From the IMG/VR virus record IMGVR_UViG_3300014565_000223: 64,000 bases of DNA. The stretch is one strand, 5' to 3'. Under the pieces are notes generated by a model that was not told where the DNA came from, made no database searches, and saw only the letters and a program-made list of their open reading frames with translations. Position numbers and translations under genes: made by a program. The DNA comes from a virus. This document shows, piece by piece, positions 39,619-49,835 of the stretch. Position 1 is the first letter of the stretch; the number at the start of each line of letters is the position of its first letter.

Positions 39619-40388
39619 AGTCAGAATTATTTAAAAACGAATTAAAAACAATTACTTCAGATGATATTCGTGATTTTGCAAAAGTTGTTTTGGACGATGC
39701 CCCAGACTATTTTTTCAAAGTTGCGGCAAGTTCTACAGGTAAATATCACCCGGCATACGCGCTGGGTGATGGCGGTTTAATGCGTCATACAAAAGCAGTA
39801 TTAAGGATTTACAATTATATCATCGGATTAGAACAGTACCAGAATCAGTTTGATGAGAGATGGATAGATCTTGGACGTGTTGCTTGTTTGGCACATGATA
39901 TTCAAAAGTCTGGTACTGCAGAAATATATGAAGAAAAGGCAAAGGATGGAAAAAAGGTGTTTACTGTATTTAATCATCCGTTGTTGGCAGCAGAATATAT
40001 TCGTAATTATAAAGGATTATATCTCGAAGATGATGAACTTGAGATTATTGCTGATGCTGTTTCGTCTCATATGGGACAATGGAACACAAGTGATAGAGAA
40101 AGTATTGTATTACCAAAGCCAAAATCACAGTTAGGGAAAATTGTACATGTAGCAGATTATTTGGCTTCCAGAAAAGACATTGATATTTCTTTTAAAGATG
40201 ATACTGATGCATATGATTTACCGGATATTGAGACATACAAATGTCCATACAAAAAGCATAAGGATGAATTACTGACAGATGTTGCAAAGACAGATCCTGA
40301 GTATCTGGAGTGGCTACATGAAAATGTTAATATGAGAGAACCTATGAAAACATTCGTAAATGAACTTTTAAAAAATAAAACAAATTAA
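39615..40388 (+). CDS. HD-domain phosphohydrolase
   Basis: H...HD metal-binding signature (KYHPAY...LAHDIQK). Confidence 0.65.
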   Translation: MKSELFKNELKTITSDDIRDFAKVVLDDAPDYFFKVAASSTGKYHPAYALGDGGLMRHTKAVLRIYNYIIGLEQYQNQFDERWIDLGRVACLAHDIQKSGTAEIYEEKAKDGKKVFTVFNHPLLAAEYIRNYKGLYLEDDELEIIADAVSSHMGQWNTSDRESIVLPKPKSQLGKIVHVADYLASRKDIDISFKDDTDAYDLPDIETYKCPYKKHKDELLTDVAKTDPEYLEWLHENVNMREPMKTFVNELLKNKTN

Positions 40389-40402
40389 ATTAACTTTTAC
40401 TA

Positions 40403-40431
40403 TTGACATCAGAAACCTATAGTGCTATTAT
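40403..40431 (+). promoter_or_regulatory. sigma70-like promoter TTGACA-17-TATTAT
   Basis: Consensus -35. Within the repeat CAAATTAAATTAACTTTTACTATTGACA. Confidence 0.55.
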
Positions 40432-40479
40432 AATGGCACAGGGAAAACAAATTAAATTAACTCAAGGAGATATGTAGAC

Positions 40480-41232
40480 ATGAAAGTAACCCTTACAGAA
40501 ATGCACTCAATAAGAGATGCAATCAGAACAATGTACATGAGCAAAAGAACATGGAATATGGAGATAGAGCAGCAGCTCAAAGAAATGGTAGATTATTGCA
40601 CAGATCGTTATGGAAGGCCATTAGATCTGCCAGAGGATGATGAATTAAAAATTAAATTCGACAAAGAAGTAGCAAAACTTCTTAAATGGGGACAAAAGCA
40701 TATCACAATGCTGCGATTTGAAGATATTTCAGTTGTTGTAGAAGGTCTTCATAGAGGAGCAACCGACGATCTTGACTCCCACGCAAAGAGAATGGATAAC
40801 AGAATTATTCGTAGCAGTACAAGGCTTGCAGATTACCATGAAGGAGAAGTTTCTGAATGGTACGAAGATAAAATTATCACATGGGATGAAGTATTAAAAT
40901 ATCTTGGTACGAAAATTCCTGGTGAGATTAGTTATTATGGTGATACTTATGTAAGGTCAAATAATGGTTTCATTAAAAAAGGATTAGAAAATAATAAAGA
41001 TGTAAAACGTGGTTTATATCCACTGGCAATTCCCATGAATTTTACTTTCAAAATAAATATTACTGAATTAGCGCATATTTATGTTGAGAGAGGATCAAAA
41101 GATGGTGGCGCTCATGGAACAGCTGCACCGGAGCTTCAGATCATGATTGAAGATTTAATTAATCAGATTGAGTCTTGGTATCCGGGAATTAATAGAGAAT
41201 TACTTTTAAAGATTGCGAGTAATAATGTATGA
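40480..41232 (+). CDS. hypothetical protein; weak ThyX-like motifs (LDSHAKR, RIIRSSTR)
   Basis: Sits among nucleotide-metabolism genes. The Arg/Ser/His pieces recall flavin-dependent thymidylate synthase but in non-canonical order. Confidence 0.3.
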   Translation: MKVTLTEMHSIRDAIRTMYMSKRTWNMEIEQQLKEMVDYCTDRYGRPLDLPEDDELKIKFDKEVAKLLKWGQKHITMLRFEDISVVVEGLHRGATDDLDSHAKRMDNRIIRSSTRLADYHEGEVSEWYEDKIITWDEVLKYLGTKIPGEISYYGDTYVRSNNGFIKKGLENNKDVKRGLYPLAIPMNFTFKINITELAHIYVERGSKDGGAHGTAAPELQIMIEDLINQIESWYPGINRELLLKIASNNV

Positions 41233-41459
41233 ATGTATATTTTGCAAACGGAACTAATATTGTAGTTGGATGCGATAATGAAAAAGATAGTTATTATTTT
41301 TGCCAGAAAGATGGTAATGAGTGCTGCAAGAAAGATACTTGCAAAAGATTTCTTGATTCAGATGGCAATGTAAGCACAAGACTTTTTAAGATTATGTGTA
41401 ATGATGAAAATCATCACATCTTATATATACCGGAAAGGAATGAAACAAATAATGCATAA
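41229..41459 (+). CDS. small Cys-rich protein (76 aa)
   Basis: Seven Cys; ATGA overlap with the upstream gene. Confidence 0.35.
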   Translation: MNVYFANGTNIVVGCDNEKDSYYFCQKDGNECCKKDTCKRFLDSDGNVSTRLFKIMCNDENHHILYIPERNETNNA

Positions 41460-42024
41460 AAAGTTAGTATTTTTATTTATTGGAAGAACCGCTTCTGGTA
41501 AATCATCGCTTGCAAGATATATATGCGAGACATTAGGACTTCGACAGGTAAAAAGCATTACAACAAGACTGCCGCGCAAAGATGAAATAACAGGATATGA
41601 AGATCATTACTTTGTATCTGAGAGTGAATTCGATGAAATTAAATTTAAAGAAGGCTTTGTAGCGTATACTGAAATTAACGGAATTAAATATGGCACTACA
41701 TATAATGAAATTGTGAACTCAGATATTTATGTAATTGATCCGAACGGAGCAAAGTATTTGAAAGAACATTGCAAAGATGAATTTAAATTTATCGAGATTT
41801 ATTTTTCTTCACCATTTGAATTAGCAAAAGACAGGTTCCTTAAAAGAGATGGATCAGAAGAAGAATTTTACTCCAGATATAACAGTGAAGATGAACAATT
41901 CACTAAATATGAAGAAGCTGAAGGGTATGACCACTTATTTGTGAATGATATGAGCTTTTCGAAAGCTTCAGAAGCATTACGTGACTTACTTAAGAGTGAA
42001 ATGGAAAAGGAGAAATCGTTATGA
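41440..42024 (+). CDS. (deoxy)nucleoside monophosphate kinase (P-loop kinase)
   Basis: P-loop GRTASGKSS. ATG 41440 with GGAAAGGA RBS (track start 41401). Confidence 0.55.
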   Translation: MKQIMHKKLVFLFIGRTASGKSSLARYICETLGLRQVKSITTRLPRKDEITGYEDHYFVSESEFDEIKFKEGFVAYTEINGIKYGTTYNEIVNSDIYVIDPNGAKYLKEHCKDEFKFIEIYFSSPFELAKDRFLKRDGSEEEFYSRYNSEDEQFTKYEEAEGYDHLFVNDMSFSKASEALRDLLKSEMEKEKSL

Positions 42025-44198
42025 ATGTAGTTAAAAAGGATTTAACAGTTGAACCTTTTGACGATCAGAAAATTGTTGATGCTGTAAATAAGTCAGCATC
42101 ACGAGTAATGGTCGAGTTAACAAATGATGATTATAAAAGAATCATAGATCTTGTTTGGGACGAGCTTATTGCTGATGATATAGATGAAAATACCACATGT
42201 ACAGTAGAAGAATTACATAATGCAGTAGAATCCGCATTGGATGAATTTAATCCAAAGATTGCAAAATCTTATAAAGATTATCGTAATTATAAGAAAGAAT
42301 TTGTTCATATGATGGATGACGTTTTCACCAAGAGTCAGGCTATCCGCTATATTGGTGATAAGAGTAATGCCAATACAGACAGTGCGCTTGTAGCTACAAA
42401 GCGAAGCCTGATCTTTAATGAACTGAACAAAAACTTGTATAGAAAATTCTTCATGACAAGAGATGAATTACAGGCATGCAAGGACGGATATATTTATATT
42501 CATGATCAGTCTGCCAGACTTGATACTATTAACTGTTGCTTATTTAGAGTTGGAGAAGTTATGAAAGGCGGATTCGAAATGGGAAATGTCTGGTATAACG
42601 AACCAAATTCTCTTGATACTGCGTTTGATGTTATGGGTGATATTATCCTGAGCACTGCTGCACAGCAGTATGGCGGATTCACAGTACCGGAAGTAGACAA
42701 GATTTTGGAACCATATGCAGAAAAAAGTTATCAGAAATATTATAAAGAATTTTTGGAAATCTTTTATTCTGATATTGATGGTGTATATATTGATGTGCTT
42801 TCAACATCTGAATATAAAATTGCAGAAAAAGCATGTGAATATGCAACTGAAAAAGTTAAAAGAGATTTTGAACAGGGATGGCAAGGAATTGAGTATAAGT
42901 TAAATACCGTAGGATCATCAAGAGGCGATTATCCATTTGTAACAATGACATTCGGTCTCTCAACCACAAAATTTGGTAAAATGGCTTCTATTACATTCTT
43001 AAATGTTCATAAAGAAGGCCAAGGTAAAGCCGGTAATAAGAAACCTGTGTTATTCCCCAAATTGGTATTTTTATATGATGAGAAGTTACATGGACCAGGA
43101 AAGGTTAATGAAGATGTATTTAATGCAGGTATTGAATGTAGTATGAAGACAATGTATCCAGACTGGTTATCTCTAACAGGTGAAGGATATGTACCAAGTA
43201 TGTACAAAAAATATGGTACGGTTGTTAGTCCAATGGGGTGTCGCGCATTCTTAAGTCCTTGGTATGAAAAAGGTGGAATAGAACCGGAGGATGAGAACGA
43301 TAAAGCAATTTTTGAAGGACGTTTCAATCTTGGTGTTGTAAGCCTTCATCTTCCAATGATTTTGGCAAAAGCGCAGCGTGAAAGTAGAGATTTCTATGAA
43401 GTATTGGATTATTATCTTGAGATGATACGTAGCATTCATAAGAGAACATATGACTATATTGGTGAAATGAAAGCTAGTACGAATCCATTGGCATATTGTG
43501 AAGGTGGCTTCCTTAATGGTTATTTAAAACCAGATGAAAAAATACGTTCAATTCTTAAACCTATGACTTTATCATTTGGAATTACTGCTTTGAATGAATT
43601 GCAGGAACTTTATAATAAGAAGTCATTAGTTGAGGATGGTAAGTTTGCTGTAGATGTAATGAAATACATTAATAAAAAGATTACTCAATTTAAACATGAG
43701 GACGGATTATTATATGCGATTTATGGAACACCAGCAGAGAGTTTATGTGGACTGCAGGTGGAACAGTTCCGTAAGATGTATGGCATTGTGAAAGGAGTTT
43801 CTGATAGAGAATATGTAAGCAATAGTTTCCACTGCCATGTAACTGAAGATATTACACCAATTCAGAAACAAGATCTGGAAAATAGATTTTGGAATCTGTT
43901 TAATGGCGGCAAAATCCAGTATGTACGTTATCCGATCAATTACAATCGTGAAGCTGTTGTTACTTTAATCAGAAGAGCAATGAAGATGGGATATTACGAA
44001 GGTGTCAATTTGGCGTTATCTTATTGTGAACATTGTGGCTATGAAGAATTAAATATGGATATGTGTCCTAAATGTGGCAGCGAAGACATTACAAAGATAG
44101 ATCGCATGAACGGATATATTGGTTATACTCGTGTTCACGGTGATACAAGATATAATAAAGCGAAAATGGCTGAAATTGCAGAGAGGAGATCGATGTAA
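42021..44198 (+). CDS. nrdD: anaerobic ribonucleoside-triphosphate reductase (class III)
   Basis: N-terminal ATP-cone-like region; C-terminal Zn site CEHCGY...CPKCGS; glycyl-radical-like RMNGYIGY, then a conserved basic tail. 725 aa. Confidence 0.85.
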   Translation: MNVVKKDLTVEPFDDQKIVDAVNKSASRVMVELTNDDYKRIIDLVWDELIADDIDENTTCTVEELHNAVESALDEFNPKIAKSYKDYRNYKKEFVHMMDDVFTKSQAIRYIGDKSNANTDSALVATKRSLIFNELNKNLYRKFFMTRDELQACKDGYIYIHDQSARLDTINCCLFRVGEVMKGGFEMGNVWYNEPNSLDTAFDVMGDIILSTAAQQYGGFTVPEVDKILEPYAEKSYQKYYKEFLEIFYSDIDGVYIDVLSTSEYKIAEKACEYATEKVKRDFEQGWQGIEYKLNTVGSSRGDYPFVTMTFGLSTTKFGKMASITFLNVHKEGQGKAGNKKPVLFPKLVFLYDEKLHGPGKVNEDVFNAGIECSMKTMYPDWLSLTGEGYVPSMYKKYGTVVSPMGCRAFLSPWYEKGGIEPEDENDKAIFEGRFNLGVVSLHLPMILAKAQRESRDFYEVLDYYLEMIRSIHKRTYDYIGEMKASTNPLAYCEGGFLNGYLKPDEKIRSILKPMTLSFGITALNELQELYNKKSLVEDGKFAVDVMKYINKKITQFKHEDGLLYAIYGTPAESLCGLQVEQFRKMYGIVKGVSDREYVSNSFHCHVTEDITPIQKQDLENRFWNLFNGGKIQYVRYPINYNREAVVTLIRRAMKMGYYEGVNLALSYCEHCGYEELNMDMCPKCGSEDITKIDRMNGYIGYTRVHGDTRYNKAKMAEIAERRSM

Positions 44199-44835
44199 TA
44201 TAACAAAAGATTTTCGAGAATATATTGGACGAGAATATACTACTAACGAAGGATATAAAATTACCATTTTAGATTATATTGGAAGACATGAAATTTTAAT
44301 AAAATTTAATGATAATCCAGATGTTACTATTTGGACAACTTTACAAAATATCAAAAATGGTCAGATAAAAAATCCATATAAAAGGTCTGTATATAATATA
44401 GGATATTATGGAGTTGGTAATTATACCGCTAGAAATAATAATATAAAAACAGAAGAATATATCAAATGGATTAGCATGTTTGTTCGTTGTTATGATGATA
44501 AATATCATGAAAGACAACCCTCATATATAGGATGTACTGTAGCAGAACCATTTCAAAATTTTCAAATTTTTGCTGAATGGTATAACCATAATATATATGA
44601 ATGTAATTATCCATTAGAACTTGATAAAGATTTCTTATATGAAGGTAATAAAATATATTCGCCTGCAACGTGCTGTTTTCTACCTAAAGAAATAAATACT
44701 GCAATTAATTATAAAAGACATGATGTTGAATATATGCAAAAATTATATTTGAAATATAAAATGGAATTACCTTATAGACTACGTATGGAATTATATTATG
44801 TTTCTCATCCTAAAGAAATTAAGAAAGCGAGTTAA
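44119..44835 (+). CDS. freestanding ORF inserted between nrdD and nrdG, possibly homing-endonuclease-like
   Basis: 640-nt insertion between genes that are usually adjacent. Overlaps the nrdD 3' end in another frame; no obvious ATG or RBS (TTG/GTG candidates only). YIGREYTTNEGYKITILDYIG reminiscent of phage HNH-type endonuclease N-termini. Confidence 0.3.
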   Translation: MVILVFTVIQDIIKRKWLKLQRGDRCNITKDFREYIGREYTTNEGYKITILDYIGRHEILIKFNDNPDVTIWTTLQNIKNGQIKNPYKRSVYNIGYYGVGNYTARNNNIKTEEYIKWISMFVRCYDDKYHERQPSYIGCTVAEPFQNFQIFAEWYNHNIYECNYPLELDKDFLYEGNKIYSPATCCFLPKEINTAINYKRHDVEYMQKLYLKYKMELPYRLRMELYYVSHPKEIKKAS

Positions 44836-44841
44836 AATGTA

Positions 44842-45357
44842 ATGAATTATCACGATATTAAACATGACGACATGAACAATGGGCCAGGATTAAGAGTCAC
44901 CCTTTTTGTTTCCGGTTGTGATCATTATTGCAATGGCTGTCAAAACCCGGAAACATGGGACACCAAATCTGGAATTCCATTTGATAATACAGCAATAGAA
45001 GAGATTTTTAAACAGCTTGATAATGATTATATTTCTGGGATTACTTTTTCCGGCGGAGATCCGCTAAATGCAAACAACAGAGTTGAAGTTTGTAGTTTAA
45101 TTCATCAGATTCGATTGAAATATGGTAAAAGTAAATCTATTTGGATTTATACCGGATATACTTGGGAGGAAATTGTAAATACTTTAACACCCGTATTATT
45201 AGGAGTCGATGTTCTTATTGATGGTATGTTTGACAAAGATCTTGCAGATGTAAATTATCATTGGGCTGGATCGACTAATCAAAGAGTAATTGATGTACAG
45301 AGATCGCTTGAAGAGAAAAAGGTTATTCTGTATAAAGATAATATTGGCAATGATTGA
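44842..45357 (+). CDS. nrdG: anaerobic RNR activating protein (radical SAM)
   Basis: CDHYCNGC CxxxCxxC cluster, GGDPL motif; 171 aa. Confidence 0.8.
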   Translation: MNYHDIKHDDMNNGPGLRVTLFVSGCDHYCNGCQNPETWDTKSGIPFDNTAIEEIFKQLDNDYISGITFSGGDPLNANNRVEVCSLIHQIRLKYGKSKSIWIYTGYTWEEIVNTLTPVLLGVDVLIDGMFDKDLADVNYHWAGSTNQRVIDVQRSLEEKKVILYKDNIGND

Positions 45358-45425
45358 TAAGCTATTATAGCTTTGATATAAAAATTTAATTAAACAAAAC
45401 ACAGAGAAAAAGGAGAACTAAAAAC

Positions 45426-46406
45426 ATGGCAGAAATTACAATGAAATCAACAAAGGCAGAAATTATGGAAGCGTATAAGGCAGCAGTGGAGAAACTTGAT
45501 ACAAGAGACCGAATGATTGATGATCCTGCAAAAGAAGCAGCGAAGGCTAAAAAGGTAGAAGTTATCGAATCTGCAGATAAAACAGCTAAAGAAGATATTT
45601 TTAATCCGGAGATTATCAAGAAGTACAATGATCTTACAGAAGCAATTACAATGAAGCAGATTGAACTGGATGATCTTTATGGAATTGAAGCAAAAGCCAA
45701 TGCTATGGCAGCTATGATCAATGCTTATAAAGAGAAAAATGAAGAGTTAAAAGAGGCTCAGGCAGCGAAAGAAGCAGAGATTGAAGCTGAATTAGGAGAG
45801 AAAAAAGACACACTGAGAGCTGAAATTGAGTCGCTGAAGCAGCAGAAACAGGAAATTATTGATTCTATCAATGCAGAAGCTAAAGCAAGAGAAAATGAAA
45901 TTAAATTAACTCGTAGTCGTGAGGAAGATGAATACACCTATAATCTGAAACGCAGTCGTAAAGCTGAAAATGATAAATGGGAAGATGAGAAAGCTGCTAG
46001 AGAAAAGATTTTGGAACTTAGAGAAACAGCGGCTCTTGAGAAAGAAACAGAACTGAATGCAAAAGCTGATCATGTAAAGGAATTAGAAGCAAAAGTAGAA
46101 GAGATTCCGACATTGATTGCAGCAGCAACAGAGGAAGGTATTAAAAAAGGTAAAGCCGATGCTGATAAATCAAATGCTTTTGAAGTTAGAGCACTTAAGA
46201 AAGATGCTGAATATCAGAAACAGCTTCTGGAAGATAAAAATGAAAGACTTGCAGAGGATCTGGCTAATGCGAGAGCAGAAAAAGTTGAATTACAGCAGAA
46301 ACTTGACGATGCATATGCTCAGATGAGAGAACTTGCTGCTAAGACTGTAGAATCTACCGGTGGAGTTAAAATTCTGAACGGACAGACTCAGCAGAATAAT
46401 AAATGA
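45426..46406 (+). CDS. long coiled-coil protein (326 aa), Lys/Glu/Ala-rich
   Basis: GAAAAAGGAGAACTAAAAACATG RBS; heptad character throughout. Confidence 0.5.
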   Translation: MAEITMKSTKAEIMEAYKAAVEKLDTRDRMIDDPAKEAAKAKKVEVIESADKTAKEDIFNPEIIKKYNDLTEAITMKQIELDDLYGIEAKANAMAAMINAYKEKNEELKEAQAAKEAEIEAELGEKKDTLRAEIESLKQQKQEIIDSINAEAKARENEIKLTRSREEDEYTYNLKRSRKAENDKWEDEKAAREKILELRETAALEKETELNAKADHVKELEAKVEEIPTLIAAATEEGIKKGKADADKSNAFEVRALKKDAEYQKQLLEDKNERLAEDLANARAEKVELQQKLDDAYAQMRELAAKTVESTGGVKILNGQTQQNNK

Positions 46407-46420
46407 TAATTTAATTATAC

Positions 46421-46445
46421 GGTATGCGTGAGAAAACGCATACCG
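46421..46445. other. 9-bp perfect hairpin GGTATGCGT-GAGAAAA-ACGCATACC without U-tract
   Basis: Sits immediately after an AATTTAATTATAC motif. Confidence 0.4.
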
Positions 46446-46461
46446 TAGCAAGGAGAATTAT

Positions 46462-46623
46462 ATGAATCCGGTATTTATATTTTTGGTATTAGTTGGAGCA
46501 GTAATTTTATGGTTTCTATTATCTGCACTGTTTTATCCATTTGGGAGATTCTTACATAGAATCTGGAAAGATGCAGCAGATGAAATAAATAGAGAAGATC
46601 AAAACAAGGAGAAAAAAGATTAA
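46462..46623 (+). CDS. small membrane protein (53 aa), NfeD-like partner of the SPFH gene?
   Basis: AAGGAGAATTATATG RBS; TAATG overlap with the SPFH gene. Confidence 0.4.
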   Translation: MNPVFIFLVLVGAVILWFLLSALFYPFGRFLHRIWKDAADEINREDQNKEKKD

Positions 46624-47585
46624 TGAAAAAAGGATTTTTAGGTAGTATTGGATTAGCAGTGATTATTGTAGCAGGATTAATTTGTGTAGCAAAGTGTACG
46701 GTAAGAGTACCTGCCGGTTACGTGGCGGTACAATATGAGATGAATGGAGGAATTTCTGATGATACGCTTACTCAGGGATGGCATTTAGTTTCTCCAACGA
46801 TCAAAACATCTTTATATTCAGTGGGTATCGAGCAGTCATATCTTACATCTGAAGATAAGGGTGATTCTCCAAAGGATGAAAGCTTTAAAACTCCTACTGC
46901 AGATGGTAAGCAACTTCTTGTAGATCTTGAGTTTTCATATAAATTTGATCAGGAACATGTTGCTGATGTATTTACAAGATTTAAAGGTCAGTCCGGAGAA
47001 AGTGTAAAAAATACTTTCATTAAACCTAAAATGAAAGCATGGACACAGGAAGTGACTGCTAAGTATCCAGTAACAGATGTATTTGGTGATAAACGTCAAG
47101 AACTGAACGAGGCTCTTGACACATATCTGAAAAAGAAATTTGAGCCATATGGAATTATCATTGACACTGTAAACTTTACTTCAATTTCTACAGATGATGA
47201 AACTCAAGCAGCTATTCAGAAGAAAGTAAATGCACAGCAGGAACTGGAACTTGCAAATATTGAAGCCAAGACTGCAAAAGTACAGGCAGATAAAGATAAA
47301 GAAGTTGCTCTTATTGCAGCTGAACAGGATAAAGAGAAAGCTGCTATTGAAGCTGAACAGGCAAAAATCACTGCGGAAGGTAAGGCGGAAGCTACAAAAA
47401 TTAAAGCGGATGCTGAAGCAGAAGCAAATAAAAAGATCGCTGAGTCACTTACTCCAGAACTTATTGAGAAACAGAAGATTGATAAGTGGAATGGTGATGT
47501 GCCGAAGGTACAAGGTGGAAATGCTGCAACAATTGTTGATGCAGGTGATTTAACATCAGGAACAGCAAGTGTAAAAGGAGAATAA
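46623..47585 (+). CDS. SPFH / band-7 (prohibitin/flotillin-like) domain protein
   Basis: N-terminal TM, then an SPFH-like core and a long Ala/Glu/Lys coiled-coil tail (EAEQAKITAEGKAEA), typical of flotillin/HflK-like proteins. Confidence 0.6.
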   Translation: MKKGFLGSIGLAVIIVAGLICVAKCTVRVPAGYVAVQYEMNGGISDDTLTQGWHLVSPTIKTSLYSVGIEQSYLTSEDKGDSPKDESFKTPTADGKQLLVDLEFSYKFDQEHVADVFTRFKGQSGESVKNTFIKPKMKAWTQEVTAKYPVTDVFGDKRQELNEALDTYLKKKFEPYGIIIDTVNFTSISTDDETQAAIQKKVNAQQELELANIEAKTAKVQADKDKEVALIAAEQDKEKAAIEAEQAKITAEGKAEATKIKADAEAEANKKIAESLTPELIEKQKIDKWNGDVPKVQGGNAATIVDAGDLTSGTASVKGE

Positions 47586-47586
47586 T

Positions 47587-47760
47587 ATGAGGGGAATGTT
47601 ACTTATTATTATGTCATTATTGGCATTAGCTTTCAGTTGGATCGTAACATGTGGAATTATAAAATTAATCACATTATGTTTCGGGGTCGCTTTCAGCTGG
47701 TTGATTGCTACAGGAATTTGGCTTGTAATCTTATTACTGAAATCAGTATTTGGGAAATAA
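47587..47760 (+). CDS. small 2-TM membrane peptide (57 aa)
   Basis: ATG 2 nt after the SPFH stop. Internal duplication (LAFSW / VAFSW). Confidence 0.35.
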   Translation: MRGMLLIIMSLLALAFSWIVTCGIIKLITLCFGVAFSWLIATGIWLVILLLKSVFGK

Positions 47761-47763
47761 ACT

Positions 47764-48390
47764 ATGATTAGATGGAAAATAGAAAAATTTATTGTTGGCG
47801 ATTATGTAAAATTAACCAATCTCCCTCAAGGTTACGAACGCCTTGAGGGAACTGAGGGAATCATCACGAACATTAATTGCGAATTATATACAGTACATAA
47901 TTCTGATTCTATGATTTTTGAAGTAGAAAAACAATATTTGACGCATTTATATAAATCAGAAGAGGAGAATGGACAAATGGCAAAATTAACAGGATATTAT
48001 GCAGTAGCAGTAATTGAAGAAGTAACTTGTTGTTGTAAGAAAGACTATTATTATGCAGTCTTTGACGATGGCAATACATATAAAGCCGGAGACCAGGTTT
48101 TAGTAAGTGGTTGTAATAAAGATGTTCTGACAATTAAAGAAATTTTAACTGTGTCGGAAGCAGAAGCAAAATGCACCAAGAATATTACTGCAGAAATTAT
48201 CTGTAGAGTTGATACATCTGCATATGACCAGCGTGTTGAAAATAGAAAGAAAGCTGAGAAGCTTAAAAAAGATATGGATGCAGTTATTAAGCAGATGGAT
48301 GTAACAAAGAAATATGAAATGTATGCGGCTGAGAATCCGGAGTTAGCGGCCTTACTTGATCAGTATAAAGAACTTGGAGGAAACATTTGA
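47764..48390 (+). CDS. hypothetical protein (208 aa)
   Basis: ORF. Confidence 0.45.
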   Translation: MIRWKIEKFIVGDYVKLTNLPQGYERLEGTEGIITNINCELYTVHNSDSMIFEVEKQYLTHLYKSEEENGQMAKLTGYYAVAVIEEVTCCCKKDYYYAVFDDGNTYKAGDQVLVSGCNKDVLTIKEILTVSEAEAKCTKNITAEIICRVDTSAYDQRVENRKKAEKLKKDMDAVIKQMDVTKKYEMYAAENPELAALLDQYKELGGNI

Positions 48391-48641
48391 TGAGTAATCA
48401 TCGTAATCTTATTGATGTAATTGATAAAATTATAGCAATCACTCCAGAATCTGAAACAAAGTTTCTTTATGATTTAGAAGAATGTAGAAAAAAAATATGG
48501 TACCTCCCACCAGAACTTCTTGAAAATTATTGGATAAATGTATTTGATATATTATATTGCAATGTTTTTGATGAAAATTTCTTTGATAAGGATTCATGGA
48601 TGGAAGATGTACGTAAAGTTTGGATAGGAGAACATTTATGA
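48387..48641 (+). CDS. hypothetical protein (84 aa)
   Basis: ATGA overlaps on both sides. Confidence 0.4.
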   Translation: MMSNHRNLIDVIDKIIAITPESETKFLYDLEECRKKIWYLPPELLENYWINVFDILYCNVFDENFFDKDSWMEDVRKVWIGEHL

Positions 48642-49375
48642 TCTGGGTAACCGGAGATACGCATGGGGATTGGATCCATAGAGTTAATATGGATTCTTTT
48701 CCCGAACAGCGTGAGATGTCAAAGGACGATTATGTGATAATTCTTGGAGATTTTGGGATATGGAGAGATTCACCGCAGCAAAGGTGGTATCTGAATTGGC
48801 TTGAAGAGAAGCATTTCACAACACTCTTTATTGACGGAAATCATGAGAATTACGATATATTAGATTCTTATCCGGTAGAAGAATGGCATGGTGGTAAGGT
48901 GCATTTTATTAAACCATCGATAATTCATCTTATGAGAGGACAGGTATTTGATATAGACGGATTAAAATTCATTACCTTTGGAGGGGCTTCAAGTCATGAT
49001 ATTTCAGATGGAGTATTAGAGATTGACGATCCAAGAGTAAAGGAATGGAGAGATGATCCAGATAAAATGTACCGAATCAATCATATTTCATGGTGGGAAC
49101 GAGAAATGCCAAATCAAGAAGAGATGGATGAGGGTATAAAGAATCTGGCAGAACATAATAATAAGGTAGATTTTATCTTAACACATTGTACAGCTTCTTC
49201 TACAGCAGCATTATTATCACATGGACTATATAAGCCGGATAAGTTAACAAATTATCTGGAAGAAATAAGGCGCAATGTTGATTATAAGCGTTGGTTGTGT
49301 GGGCATTACCACGACAATAAAGCAATAACAATAAAAGATATAGTTATATATGAACAGATTGTGAGGATCGCATAA
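48638..49375 (+). CDS. calcineurin-like metallophosphoesterase
   Basis: GDTHGD, GDFG and GNHE motifs. ATG 48638 with AGGAG RBS. Confidence 0.7.
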   Translation: MIWVTGDTHGDWIHRVNMDSFPEQREMSKDDYVIILGDFGIWRDSPQQRWYLNWLEEKHFTTLFIDGNHENYDILDSYPVEEWHGGKVHFIKPSIIHLMRGQVFDIDGLKFITFGGASSHDISDGVLEIDDPRVKEWRDDPDKMYRINHISWWEREMPNQEEMDEGIKNLAEHNNKVDFILTHCTASSTAALLSHGLYKPDKLTNYLEEIRRNVDYKRWLCGHYHDNKAITIKDIVIYEQIVRIA

Positions 49376-49833
49376 TGGTAGATATATCAGAACTTACAGA
49401 AAGTGTTAAGGGTTACATTGAAGGATTGCAAGCTGTATTACAAAGAAAATATCAAATTTCAGAAGAGAAGGCTTTAAATATGATTACTTCTTCTTATATT
49501 ATGGATTCTCTTATAGATTACCCAGAAGAGACGTTACATGATGATATTGAAGCACATGCAGATAATATATATGAAGACCAAGTATCAAAAACAGAACGGT
49601 TATTGTTAGAGGCCGGATACGAGGGAACGATATTTTTTACAAATCCATCTTATGAAGATGCATTTCTTGGTATTTCTTCTGATGATAGAGCAATATATGA
49701 TTACGAAAAAATGGTTGAATCTTTAGTTAACCATGAGGATATGACAGAAGATGAAGCTAGAGAATTTATAGATTACAATGCGACGTTCTATATTGAAGGT
49801 GGACCAATTATTTTGTATAGACTGGAGGAATAG
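49375..49833 (+). CDS. acidic hypothetical protein (152 aa)
   Basis: ORF. Confidence 0.45.
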   Translation: MVDISELTESVKGYIEGLQAVLQRKYQISEEKALNMITSSYIMDSLIDYPEETLHDDIEAHADNIYEDQVSKTERLLLEAGYEGTIFFTNPSYEDAFLGISSDDRAIYDYEKMVESLVNHEDMTEDEAREFIDYNATFYIEGGPIILYRLEE

Positions 49834-49835
49834 TA

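Noticed and set aside
40480-41232. Confident ThyX (flavin-dependent thymidylate synthase) call
   Set aside because: Only fragmentary Arg/Ser/His motifs in non-canonical order, so it is kept as a low-confidence hypothetical. A profile search is needed
45357-45385. Short palindrome AAGCTATTATAGCTT after nrdG, as a terminator
   Set aside because: Only a 6-bp stem with no U-tract, so too weak
47230-47553. 107-aa Lys/Arg-rich + strand ORF overlapping the SPFH gene in another frame
   Set aside because: It is a frame artefact of the GCA/GAA/AAG-rich coiled-coil coding region. The SPFH frame carries the recognisable domain
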